This document shows, one piece after another, positions 1 through 10,166 of a stretch of DNA of 37,514 nt. The notes beneath the pieces were generated by a model that saw nothing but the letters and a program-made list of their open reading frames with translations, made no database searches and was not told where the DNA came from. The position numbers and the translations under genes were made by a program. Each line of letters starts with the position of its first letter. Within the stretch, counting starts at the first letter, position 1. Source of the stretch: Candidatus Dojkabacteria bacterium (lineage in GTDB: Bacteria; Patescibacteriota; Dojkabacteria; SC72); the NCBI GenBank assembly GCA_035446665.1, contig DAOTFQ010000001.1, positions 1-37,514 on the forward strand. Direction: 5' to 3'.

Positions 1-1
1 A

Positions 2-1882
2 GGAACAACTAATTCAGTTATGGCCTATATGGAGGGTGGTAAACCTAATGTAATTCCAAATGCACAGGGAGGGAGATTAACCCCTTCTGTTGTTGCTGAG
101 GATGAGAAAGGAGAGATTTTAGTAGGGACTCCTGCAAAAAACCAAGCTATAACAAATCCAGAGAGTACAATCTACTCTGTTAAGAGATTGATTGGTAGGC
201 CTTGGGACGATCCTGAGGTAAAGAAGGATAAGGAGTTACTTCCTTTTGAGATGAGGAAGTCAGATAGTGGGGGTGTTGAAGTTAAAATGGGCAGTAAGTG
301 GTATACACCTCAAGAAATTTCTGCAAAGATTCTTGCAAAAATGAAGAAAGATGCAGAAGAATTTCTTGGAGAAGAGGTAAAGGAAGCTGTAATTACAGTC
401 CCTGCATACTTTGATGACTCTCAGAGACAGGCGACAAAAGATGCTGGAAAAATTGCGGGTTTGAAGGTTAAAAGAATTGTTAATGAGCCAACGGCTGCAG
501 CATTAGCATATGGAGTAGACAAAGGAAAAGACGAAAAGGTTGCAATCTTTGACTTAGGAGGAGGAACTTTTGATATCTCAATCCTTGAGATAGGAGATGG
601 AGTCTTTGAAGTTCTATCAACCAATGGGGATACCCACTTAGGAGGAGACGATTTCGATCAGGTAATAATAGATTACTTAGCGGATGAGTTTAAGGCAAAA
701 GAGAATTTTGATCTAAGGGAAGATAGAACAGCCCTTCAGAGATTAAGGGAGGCTGCGGAGAAAGCTAAGATAGAGTTATCTACATCAGAAGAGACCGAGA
801 TAAACGTTCCTTATATCACTGCTACAGATAAGGGGCCAAAACATTTAAAGGAGAAACTAACAAGAGCAAAGTTAGAGCAACTAACCTCAGATCTAATTGA
901 CCAGACAGTTAAGCCTTGTGAAAAGGCTCTTAGAGATGCAGGTCTCAAGAAAGAAGATGTGAACCAAGTTCTTCTAGTTGGGGGTATGACAAGAATGCCG
1001 GCCATAATTCAGAAGGTTAAAGAGATCTTTGGAAAAGAACCCAATAAAGGAGTAAACCCCGATGAGATTGTAGGTATTGGAGCAGCTATTCAGGCTGGAG
1101 TTCTAGCAGGGGATGTTAAAGATATTACCCTTTTAGATGTAACACCATTGTCCCTAGGTTTAGAGACTTTAGGAGGTGTTATGACAAAACTCATAGACAG
1201 GAACACAACAATCCCTGTAGAGAAGAAGCAAATCTTTTCAACGGCTGCAGATAACCAACCGGCAGTAGAGATTCACATTCTTCAAGGAGAAAGAGAAATG
1301 GCTCAAGACAATAAAACACTTGGGAGATTTATTTTGGATGGAATCCCACCAGCTCCTAGAGGAGTTCCTCAAATTGAGGTCACATTCTCAATAGATGCAA
1401 ATGGAATACTTAATGTTAAGGCAGTAGATCTTGCAACCAAGAAAGAGCAGAAGATAACAATTACTGCGTCTACTGGTCTTAAGGAAGAAGAGATAGACGA
1501 AATGGTTAAAGAGGCTGAGAAGTATGCAGAAGAAGATAAAAAGAAGCGGGAACGGGCAGAAGTTCGAAATAATGCAGATACTCTTTGTTTTAGTGTTGAG
1601 AAATTAATAAAGGAAAACAAAGAGAAGATTGATGAGAAGCAGAAGGAGGAGATGGAGAAGCTTGCAGAAGAATTAAAGAAACTTATAGAAAAGGACGACT
1701 TTGACAAGGAAGAGGTAGAGAAGAAGACAGAAGAGCTCTCGGAGAAGATGCAAGAAGTTGGAAAAAAGATGTATGAGCAGGTAAGCAAGGAAGAAACCTC
1801 AGAAGCAAAGAAAGAGGAAAAAGGGGAGGGAAAGGAAGATGAGAAGGAGGTTAAAGAAGGGGAAGTAGTAGACGAGGAGTAA
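2..1882 (+). CDS. dnaK: Molecular chaperone DnaK (Hsp70), 5' end cut by window edge
   Basis: The frame is open from nt 2. [13 protein letters not shown] matches the conserved DnaK N-terminal GIDLGTTNS..V.EGG region, so the ATG at 20 is internal. Hsp70 signatures [16 protein letters not shown] and EIHILQGER are present, followed by a long E/K-rich C-terminal tail. Confidence 0.97.
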   Translation, partial: GTTNSVMAYMEGGKPNVIPNAQGGRLTPSVVAEDEKGEILVGTPAKNQAITNPESTIYSVKRLIGRPWDDPEVKKDKELLPFEMRKSDSGGVEVKMGSKWYTPQEISAKILAKMKKDAEEFLGEEVKEAVITVPAYFDDSQRQATKDAGKIAGLKVKRIVNEPTAAALAYGVDKGKDEKVAIFDLGGGTFDISILEIGDGVFEVLSTNGDTHLGGDDFDQVIIDYLADEFKAKENFDLREDRTALQRLREAAEKAKIELSTSEETEINVPYITATDKGPKHLKEKLTRAKLEQLTSDLIDQTVKPCEKALRDAGLKKEDVNQVLLVGGMTRMPAIIQKVKEIFGKEPNKGVNPDEIVGIGAAIQAGVLAGDVKDITLLDVTPLSLGLETLGGVMTKLIDRNTTIPVEKKQIFSTAADNQPAVEIHILQGEREMAQDNKTLGRFILDGIPPAPRGVPQIEVTFSIDANGILNVKAVDLATKKEQKITITASTGLKEEEIDEMVKEAEKYAEEDKKKRERAEVRNNADTLCFSVEKLIKENKEKIDEKQKEEMEKLAEELKKLIEKDDFDKEEVEKKTEELSEKMQEVGKKMYEQVSKEETSEAKKEEKGEGKEDEKEVKEGEVVDEE

Positions 1883-1893
1883 GGCTCGAAGAT

Positions 1894-1925
1894 GTTGGGA
1901 AAGTCATTGGACTTTCCCAACTTTT
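1894..1925 (+). terminator. Rho-independent terminator after dnaK
   Basis: Perfect 12-bp stem GTTGGGAAAGTC / GACTTTCCCAAC (1894-1905 / 1910-1921) with a 4-nt loop ATTG, followed by TTTT (1922-1925), 12 nt after the dnaK stop. Confidence 0.75.
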
Positions 1926-1977
1926 GTGGTAGCATTGTTGCTATATATGTTAATTAATCTATCTTTACTGCCTTAGT

Positions 1978-4347
1978 ATGTTACAAGAATCTACCCAGAA
2001 TCCTAGAGGAGGAATAAATATATCAGCAATACAGAAAATTCTATTCAAAGGGTTGCTATTTTTACTCCCATTAACGATATTTCCATTTCCTTGGGATTGG
2101 ACAGAGAGAGGCATGTCTCTATTAATACTCTCAGTTTCGACAGTGATTTTGGGTCTAGAGATTATAAAACTTCTCTGGGGAGGTAGTCTTAGTATCTTAA
2201 AGAGTTCTATAGATATCGGATTCTTTTTAATATTGTTCTCTTATCTCTTATCAACAATATTCTCAGTAGACATAAATACTAGTCTTTGGGGTATTGATGG
2301 TAGGTTGGGAAGCGGAGTAATCGTTTTCATTGCTATCTTATTAGTGAGTATAGCTTCTAGAGGATTTATAAAAGGAGAGAAAGATGTTCGTTCACTTATA
2401 TTTTTCTTTCTAACAGGTTTCTTTATAAATAACCTGTTAAGTTTATTCTCCTTTTTCGGACTAAATATCTGGGGTTTTCTTCCTGTTTATAAGGATCTGT
2501 ACCAAGCAGGGTTGCCTCTTTTAAGGTTTGGAAGTGCTCATATTCTTGTCAACTTTATTAGTCTAATTCTCTCCCTCGGGCTAATAGGTGAATATCTAAT
2601 AGCTCAGAGAGGGAAATTAGAATTCATTCTCTCTATTATTTTTGGAATTCTTTCAGCAATAAATATCTGGGTGTTTTCCATCAATGAAGGTTTGGTGACA
2701 GTCTCCATTATCCTGCTTCTACTGATAGGCTTACTGATACCAGTTTTAAAGTTTATAAGAATAGAGAAGGAAACTTCGCGGCAGCTTTTTCTTTTCACTT
2801 TAATAACTGTGTTTATAGTAATGATTCCGACAATTTTTCTACAAATTCCGAATGTGAGAGAATCAGTTTTGCCGGAGAATTTGGAGGTTGTCACTGAACT
2901 CTCTTTAGGTTTTGACCTTTCTTGGAGGATTTTTGGTTCTATTATTGTTAATAGTTTTGTACAGGGTTTCTTCGGATATGGTCTTGGGACGTATCCAATT
3001 GCATATAATAAGTTTAAGCCATTAGATACAAGTATCCTTGTTTTAGGAGATTCCACTTTTCAGTCCGGAGTAAGTGAGGTTCTTACAAAGGTTACTACTG
3101 TAGGTTTGTTGTGGTTCTTTGTCTGGCTCTTTGTTGGATTTTTAATAATAAGAGCTTTCATAAAAGATCTTAAGGATGTAAGAGAAATAAATGATAAGGG
3201 GGGTGCTTGGAGGTTTCTAATAATAGATATCTCATTGTTAGTATTATTTGTTGCATCTTTCTTCTTCCCCTTCACTATACTGATAACCTTCTTACTTCTA
3301 ACTCTTGTTTCTATTAGATCAATAATTGGGGAATATCTGCAGAAGTCTCCAGGAGATAAGTTCATACTAAAGTTCTGGGCTGTTAATTTAGATACTGCGT
3401 CTAATGCAAACAAATCCTTATACAACTTCAATATCTTTTTAACCGTTATTGTAAGTATCATCTCTGTGTCTTTACTAGGAGTTTGGTTTGCAAGAACAGT
3501 ATCGAGTGTCCATGTTTTGAGAGCAGAGGCTTATTCAATTAGAGAAAACAGAAAATACCAAGATGATCCAGAGTTCCAACCGACACTTGAGGATAGAGAG
3601 GAGTTTATACTGACAATGGATGACTACTATTCTAAGGTTCTCTCTTTGGATGGAAATAATCCTCTTTACAATAGAAAGAAGACCCTTATATTGTTAGAGC
3701 AATTGAATATTGTTGCGGAAGCCTATTCCCAAATAGATGAAGAGGATACAGAAAAGAGGGATCAATATCTTCAAGCAGTTATGGCTCTTAAGAGCAATGC
3801 TGTAGATTTTGCAAGAAAGGCCACAGATATATCTCCAGCTGTTTACGCTAACTGGTTAACAAGATCTACAGTATATACTGGATTAGTAGGTGCTGGATTT
3901 AACGAGCATATCTCCGATGCAACAAACTCTTTAGAAAAAGCTATCACCCTAAATCCTCTTAACTACCAACTTTACTACACGCTTGCCCAGGTTCACATAG
4001 TGAAGGGGGATCAAGATACAGCCCTACAGTACTTACTGAGTGTTCTTCAGATTAATCCAAGGCATATTCCTTCTATACTTCTAGTCGCAGACTTAAGTAA
4101 AGAAGCGGGAGATTTGGAGACATATGCAGCTTATCTGCAAGCTGCGAAAGTAATTCTTGAGCAAGAAGAGGCTACAGAGTTAGATCTCTATCAGGAGATA
4201 GTTACTGCTCTTGAAGAAGTTGATGCTGGGGATGTGGAACTTCCAGAAGATTTAAACCTTGAAGGAGCAGAAGGAGATGAAGGCTTAGAAGAGTCAGGAG
4301 AGGGAGATGCAGAGAAAACCTTGGATCCAGATTTAGGAGGTCTTTAA
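1978..4347 (+). CDS. Polytopic membrane protein (O-antigen-ligase/Wzy_C-like by eye) with C-terminal TPR-like repeats and an acidic tail
   Basis: 789-aa ORF. The first ~510 aa contain more than 10 hydrophobic segments. The C-terminal ~250 aa show TPR-like helical repeats (NPLYNRKKTLIL..., LEKAITLNPLNYQLYYTLAQVHIVKGDQDTALQYLLSVLQINPRH). The tail is D/E/G-rich. The function call is tentative. Confidence 0.6.
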   Translation: MLQESTQNPRGGINISAIQKILFKGLLFLLPLTIFPFPWDWTERGMSLLILSVSTVILGLEIIKLLWGGSLSILKSSIDIGFFLILFSYLLSTIFSVDINTSLWGIDGRLGSGVIVFIAILLVSIASRGFIKGEKDVRSLIFFFLTGFFINNLLSLFSFFGLNIWGFLPVYKDLYQAGLPLLRFGSAHILVNFISLILSLGLIGEYLIAQRGKLEFILSIIFGILSAINIWVFSINEGLVTVSIILLLLIGLLIPVLKFIRIEKETSRQLFLFTLITVFIVMIPTIFLQIPNVRESVLPENLEVVTELSLGFDLSWRIFGSIIVNSFVQGFFGYGLGTYPIAYNKFKPLDTSILVLGDSTFQSGVSEVLTKVTTVGLLWFFVWLFVGFLIIRAFIKDLKDVREINDKGGAWRFLIIDISLLVLFVASFFFPFTILITFLLLTLVSIRSIIGEYLQKSPGDKFILKFWAVNLDTASNANKSLYNFNIFLTVIVSIISVSLLGVWFARTVSSVHVLRAEAYSIRENRKYQDDPEFQPTLEDREEFILTMDDYYSKVLSLDGNNPLYNRKKTLILLEQLNIVAEAYSQIDEEDTEKRDQYLQAVMALKSNAVDFARKATDISPAVYANWLTRSTVYTGLVGAGFNEHISDATNSLEKAITLNPLNYQLYYTLAQVHIVKGDQDTALQYLLSVLQINPRHIPSILLVADLSKEAGDLETYAAYLQAAKVILEQEEATELDLYQEIVTALEEVDAGDVELPEDLNLEGAEGDEGLEESGEGDAEKTLDPDLGGL

Positions 4348-5055
4348 GTAGTAAGGTTTCCCTCTAAACAGGCACAGGGCATTTATTTCAATCTCTCTGT
4401 CAATATCTTTTCGAATTCTTGATGAAATTGCTTCCAAAGTTGCTCCCGTTGTTATTACATCATCCAAAATTGTTATACTGGCGTATCCCTCCAGAGAGAA
4501 ATTTGATCTCAAGGTAAAAACTTCCCCTTTTATCTCTTTCCTCTCATCTCTGTCTCTTAAAGCCTGGTGACCATAGCTGTTTTCTCTTTCTATTAAACTT
4601 CCATCAAATGGAAGATTGAAAGCATATGCAACTTTTCTCGCTAACTCGGTCGTTTGGTTAAACCCCCTCTCTCTTAATCTGTTTTTTGCTAAGGGGACAT
4701 TTGTTAAAATAGTTCCTGTAAGCTTATTATCAAAAGTAGATTTCTTAATAGCCTCGATGAAGATTTCTGACAATGTATCCGAAATACTCTGAATATAATT
4801 GTATTTATACTTTTTCAAAAGAATAGAGGAGAGAGAATTATATTCCCAAGCAACGAAGATATGATCAAGAAAGCTCTCTTTTCTCCCTTCTCTACATTCA
4901 TAGTGTGTCTTGTAATTGGGAGAAATCTTTCTGCACACATAACACTCTGGAAGAGTTCTCTTAAAAAGCTTTTTACAACGATTACAAAGATAGTCCCCCC
5001 TCTTTTGACAGATGCTACAGCTCTTAGGGAAAACAGTATCCAGCAAATTAATCAT
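4333..5055 (-). CDS. comF: ComF-family phosphoribosyltransferase-fold protein (competence protein ComFC-like)
   Basis: N-terminal double CxxC zinc-finger-like motifs (CSICQ...CNRC, CYVC). ERGFNQ motif. PRTase loop ILDDVITTGATLEA. The size (240 aa) is typical. It overlaps the 3' end of the convergent upstream gene by 15 nt. Confidence 0.85.
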   Translation of the reverse strand: MINLLDTVFPKSCSICQKRGDYLCNRCKKLFKRTLPECYVCRKISPNYKTHYECREGRKESFLDHIFVAWEYNSLSSILLKKYKYNYIQSISDTLSEIFIEAIKKSTFDNKLTGTILTNVPLAKNRLRERGFNQTTELARKVAYAFNLPFDGSLIERENSYGHQALRDRDERKEIKGEVFTLRSNFSLEGYASITILDDVITTGATLEAISSRIRKDIDREIEINALCLFRGKPYYLKTS

Positions 5056-5171
5056 CTCCTATTTTCCCAGGACTAGGTGAAATCTTTCTTAAATTCTTAC
5101 TATAATAACTCTTGCATTGATAAAAACCTTAGATTAAATTATCATATATCCATACCCAATACTTCTAGATT

Positions 5172-6971
5172 ATGTTAAAAATTCTTAAACAAAAAAACAG
5201 TGTCCCCTTTGTAATGCTTCTTCTGTTTTTCACAAAAATCCTCGGATTTTTAAAATTAAGAACAATAGCTCAACTATTCGGAGTCTCTCACGAATTAGAT
5301 ATCTTCTGGGCGGCATTTACAATCCCCGACATGTTATTTATGTTGTTAGTGGCAGGCTCCATAAATGCTGCTATCATACCTACCTTTTCAGAGATATTTA
5401 GAAAGGAGGGAAAGGATTCCCTAAACCAATTCTTTAACCATTTAATGGTTATTATCTCTTCTTTGCTTATTTTAATTGCCCTCATCTTATTTGCCTTTAC
5501 TCCACAGTTAACAACATTATTGATAGAGTCAGAAGCTCTACAGGATTTCCTAAAGTTTGGACAACGAATAGGACCTGAAGATTTTGATCTGTTTGTTTCC
5601 TTAACAAGAATTATGATGATATCTCCGATTCTCTTAGGCATTAGTAGTCTAGTTACTGGTTACTTACAGGTTAGAAAGCAATTCTTTGTAACGTCACTTG
5701 CTCCACTCTTCTACAATTTAGCGATGATAATAGGTTCTGTGATTTTGGTTGTTGGTTTTGATATGGGGGTCGAGGGGATTGCCATTTCCGCCGTATTAGG
5801 TTCCCTCGTACATCTTGTTGTCCAGATACCGAAGTTTAAAAATTATTATGATAGTCGTCTCAGATTTGGTATAACACCTCTGGTTGAGGGATTAAAAAAT
5901 CATAAAACTATGCAGGCTGTTAGGCTAGCTTTACCAAGGACAATCGCGGTTCTCGGAGAAGAGGTAAATACTCTAGTTAATACTCTAATAAGTTTCTCAC
6001 TTGCAGCTGGTGCCCTTAGTGCTTACAAGTTTGCTGTAAGCTTACATCTTTTCCCTATCAATATTATTGGAAGTGCTATAGCACAGGTTGCACTACCTAA
6101 TCTTGCAGAGAGTTGTGATGACGAGAAGAGATATTGTAAAGTTCTAAACAGCTCAATACAAAAAGCCTTGTTCTTGGTATTGCCAATAGTATCTGTTTTG
6201 ATAGTTCTAAGACTACCCATTGTTCGACTTGCTTATGGAGTAGGAGCATTTGACTGGAGGGCTACTATTTTAACTGCTTGGTGTCTTGTTCTTCTCAGTT
6301 TTTCTGTTGTGGGTCAGAGTATAATTCAAATCTTACTAAGAGCATTCTATGCTCTTAAGGAAACATGGTTACCATTGGTAGCTATTACTGTTGGGATTAT
6401 TGTTAATATGGGATTTGCAGTTCTTCTAACTAACTTTCTAAGTCATTACTATGACTGGAGACCAATTCTTGAACAGATATTTATACAAGTTCGTGATGCA
6501 AATGGGGCAGGACTTACCCCTGTCGTTGGTTCCTTCATAAAAGATTCTCTAAGGTGGGCAACCACAAGAGGGACTTCAGATCTTGCTGTCGGTGGCTTAT
6601 CTCTTAGTCTAAGCATCTCTTCCTTAGTTGAAATGGTCGTTCTATCGCTTCTCTTAAATCTAAAAATAAAAGTTATTACTTGGAAGAAAACAATAGTTCC
6701 TTCCTTTAAAAAGGCAGTTAATGCTTCCTTAATGTGTCTGGGAATGTATGTTGTTTTCAAGCTTTTTGACTTCCAATTAGATACCACAAGAACGATCTCC
6801 ATCGTTATCTTAACTGGAATAACAACGGCGTATGGGTTCCTCTCTTATTTTGTTGGTTGCAAGGTCTTTAGAATCCAGGAAATAACCTTATTAGATGAAA
6901 TAGTTAAAGATATTAAAGAAAACTTATTTAGAAGAAATAAAAGGAAAGTCGATGTTCAAGAAGGTATTTAA
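5172..6971 (+). CDS. murJ: Lipid II flippase MurJ (MviN family)
   Basis: The N-terminus (RTIAQLFGVSHELDIFWAAFTIPDMLFMLLVAGSINAAIIPTFSE) is the classic MurJ signature. About 14 hydrophobic segments. Confidence 0.9.
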   Translation: MLKILKQKNSVPFVMLLLFFTKILGFLKLRTIAQLFGVSHELDIFWAAFTIPDMLFMLLVAGSINAAIIPTFSEIFRKEGKDSLNQFFNHLMVIISSLLILIALILFAFTPQLTTLLIESEALQDFLKFGQRIGPEDFDLFVSLTRIMMISPILLGISSLVTGYLQVRKQFFVTSLAPLFYNLAMIIGSVILVVGFDMGVEGIAISAVLGSLVHLVVQIPKFKNYYDSRLRFGITPLVEGLKNHKTMQAVRLALPRTIAVLGEEVNTLVNTLISFSLAAGALSAYKFAVSLHLFPINIIGSAIAQVALPNLAESCDDEKRYCKVLNSSIQKALFLVLPIVSVLIVLRLPIVRLAYGVGAFDWRATILTAWCLVLLSFSVVGQSIIQILLRAFYALKETWLPLVAITVGIIVNMGFAVLLTNFLSHYYDWRPILEQIFIQVRDANGAGLTPVVGSFIKDSLRWATTRGTSDLAVGGLSLSLSISSLVEMVVLSLLLNLKIKVITWKKTIVPSFKKAVNASLMCLGMYVVFKLFDFQLDTTRTISIVILTGITTAYGFLSYFVGCKVFRIQEITLLDEIVKDIKENLFRRNKRKVDVQEGI

Positions 6972-7575
6972 AACTCTCTTATTGTTATTTCTTTTGATCA
7001 TTCTCGCTCTCACAGTAATAGCATTTGTTTCTTACCGTAGATACTCTAAATGGGAGAAAGAGGAACTATCTAAACCAGGAATAATCTGTACCTCAGACAT
7101 TACACAGGAGTCTTCTGGGGAGGAAGGTTTGGGAACTGTTATAGAGGACAAAATAAAGAAATTTGCATTGTCAGATACTAAGACAGATTTTGTCGTTTTG
7201 ACAGAAGATGAGATGCTTTATCTATTGCTAGAAAATTTCACAAATGAAGGGGATGTAAAAGTTGAAGATATCTGTCTAAAACCTTCAAAAGGAATTTGGC
7301 AACTATATCTTAAGACCAAATACAAAAAGATATCTCTCCCATGGTTAGTTCTAGATATTGTTAAGGACAATATTGAAACAGCTGAGGTATATGTTAGAGA
7401 AGTGCATCTCGGAGATTTAGAATTTCCAGCTTTTCTGGAGTCTTGGGTAAGAGATGATCTCAACAGGGGGATATCTGATGGGATCATAATGCTGAATGAA
7501 AACAACTTCCTTGGTAGAAGAATAGATAATATAGAGTTACTTGAGGACAGAGTTATATTCAAAGGGACCAGATAG
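6952..7575 (+). CDS. Hypothetical N-terminally membrane-anchored protein
   Basis: 207-aa ORF. The ATG overlaps the murJ 3' end by 20 nt and is preceded by AAGGAAAG about 6 nt upstream. There is a single N-terminal TM (LLLLFLLIILALTVIAFV) and then a soluble domain with no motif I recognise. Confidence 0.6.
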   Translation: MFKKVFKTLLLLFLLIILALTVIAFVSYRRYSKWEKEELSKPGIICTSDITQESSGEEGLGTVIEDKIKKFALSDTKTDFVVLTEDEMLYLLLENFTNEGDVKVEDICLKPSKGIWQLYLKTKYKKISLPWLVLDIVKDNIETAEVYVREVHLGDLEFPAFLESWVRDDLNRGISDGIIMLNENNFLGRRIDNIELLEDRVIFKGTR

Positions 7576-7604
7576 ATTTCCCACAGGTTTTATTCAGCTA
7601 AGAC

Positions 7605-7634
7605 TTGAAGAGAGGCAACCCTGTATGATACAAT
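7605..7634 (+). promoter_or_regulatory. Candidate sigma70-type promoter of groES-groEL (TTGAAG-N18-TACAAT)
   Basis: -35-like TTGAAG at 7605-7610 and -10-like TACAAT at 7629-7634, with 18-nt spacing, 36 nt upstream of the groES ATG. Confidence 0.35.
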
Positions 7635-7637
7635 TCT

Positions 7638-7664
7638 TTGGCAATCGTTAAATTAATCTGCTAA
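7638..7664 (+). promoter_or_regulatory. Degenerate CIRCE-like (HrcA operator-like) element
   Basis: TTGGCAATC-N9-ATCTGCTAA compared with the CIRCE consensus TTAGCACTC-N9-GAGTGCTAA. It matches 7/9 plus 6/9 positions with the exact 9-nt spacer. It sits between the putative -10 and the groES start, as in classical groESL operons. As an inverted repeat it is imperfect (core TTGGCA/TGCTAA). Confidence 0.3.
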
Positions 7665-7669
7665 AAATT

Positions 7670-7969
7670 ATGGAGAAAGATATAAAAATACAACCCATAG
7701 GAAACAGGGTCTTAGTAAAGCCTGACGAAATAGAGGAGAAAACGTCAGGAGGGTTAGTTCTCCCACCTAGTGCAAGCGAAGAGCAAAGGCCTGAAACAGG
7801 GACCGTTGTTAAGCTAGGAAAGGGCAAAATAGATGGCAAAGAAATCTCTTTTGAAGTTTCTGTAGGAGACAGGATCTATTTTAAGAAATATTCTCCGGAT
7901 GAGATTTTAATAGGTGAAGATAAATACCTCTTATTAAATGAAGAGGATATTCTTGCAATTGTTAAGTAA
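7670..7969 (+). CDS. groES: Co-chaperonin GroES
   Basis: 99 aa. IQPIGNRVLVKPDEIEEKTSGGLVLP mobile-loop region and GDRIYFKKY motif, immediately upstream of groEL. Confidence 0.95.
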   Translation: MEKDIKIQPIGNRVLVKPDEIEEKTSGGLVLPPSASEEQRPETGTVVKLGKGKIDGKEISFEVSVGDRIYFKKYSPDEILIGEDKYLLLNEEDILAIVK

Positions 7970-7982
7970 TTAAATTTATTAG

Positions 7983-9623
<1,641 letters not shown>

Positions 9624-9645
9624 TCTCTTCTCGTAGATTGAAAAT

Positions 9646-9677
9646 AAAGGGGGGCGTAAGCCTCCCTTTATTTTTTA
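9646..9677. terminator. Hairpin terminator between convergent groEL and the metallopeptidase gene
   Basis: Stem AAAGGGGGGC / GCCTCCCTTT (9646-9655 / 9660-9669, one G-U pair) with loop GTAA, followed by ATTTTTTT. An A-run lies on the other side, so it could act in both directions. It overlaps the stop codon of the minus-strand gene. Confidence 0.65.
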
Positions 9678-10132
9678 CCAGAGATAATCTCTATCCAGTT
9701 CTCTTTGAGCCAAAGATCTGCCCTTTTCTGTTCCTCCAATAGTCCTCTCTCCTCTAGCTCCTTATCTATAATCTTTCCTTGGTGAGGATTCTTAAACCTC
9801 TTCTGTAGGGGAGAACTAAAGCCGTGTGCGTAATGACAAAGTTCATGAGCAACTGTTGCTCTTACGACGAACTCTGGGACATTTTCATTCTGAAAATATC
9901 TTGTAATTGTTATTACAGTAATACTCTTGTCATCTTGTACCTCGTAATCCTCTCTTCTTTTGTTTAACAATCCCTTAATCCTAGTTTCTTCTGTCGCAAG
10001 CTTGATACTTCCTAATTGCCTCCGGGAGTATTTACCATACTTAATCAGAACCAGGTTTCTTCTAGGGATATCACAAAAATGACTCTCCCAGAGTTCATAC
10101 AACAAATTTTCTAAAAATTCTTCTTTTCTCAT
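9668..10132 (-). CDS. Small HExxH zinc metallopeptidase-like protein (SprT/DUF45-like by eye)
   Basis: 154 aa with HELCHYAHG (HExxH), preceded by a beta-rich region. AGGAAA lies just upstream of the ATG. The family assignment is tentative. Confidence 0.6.
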   Translation of the reverse strand: MRKEEFLENLLYELWESHFCDIPRRNLVLIKYGKYSRRQLGSIKLATEETRIKGLLNKRREDYEVQDDKSITVITITRYFQNENVPEFVVRATVAHELCHYAHGFSSPLQKRFKNPHQGKIIDKELEERGLLEEQKRADLWLKENWIEIISGKK

Positions 10133-10151
10133 TTTCCTGTTTCTTTAAGCA

Positions 10152-10160
10152 TGCTATCAT
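10152..10160 (+). promoter_or_regulatory. Extended -10-like box (TGcTATCAT) 6 nt upstream of the ABC gene ATG
   Basis: TG at 10152-10153, TATCAT at 10155-10160, 6-nt spacer ATTCTA, ATG at 10167. No Shine-Dalgarno sequence is possible, so the geometry fits a leaderless transcript. Confidence 0.3.
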
Positions 10161-10166
10161 ATTCTA

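Noticed and set aside
1369-1935. 188-aa minus-strand ORF inside the dnaK 3' region
   Set aside because: It is a Ser/Phe-rich mirror image of the E/K-rich DnaK tail (GAA/AAG repeats read antisense). It lies fully within a very well supported gene and has no independent signals.
2604-3461. 150-aa and 133-aa minus-strand ORFs inside the 789-aa membrane-protein gene
   Set aside because: They have no start-site signals or recognisable motifs. The plus-strand ORF is continuous for 789 codons with coherent TM and TPR architecture.
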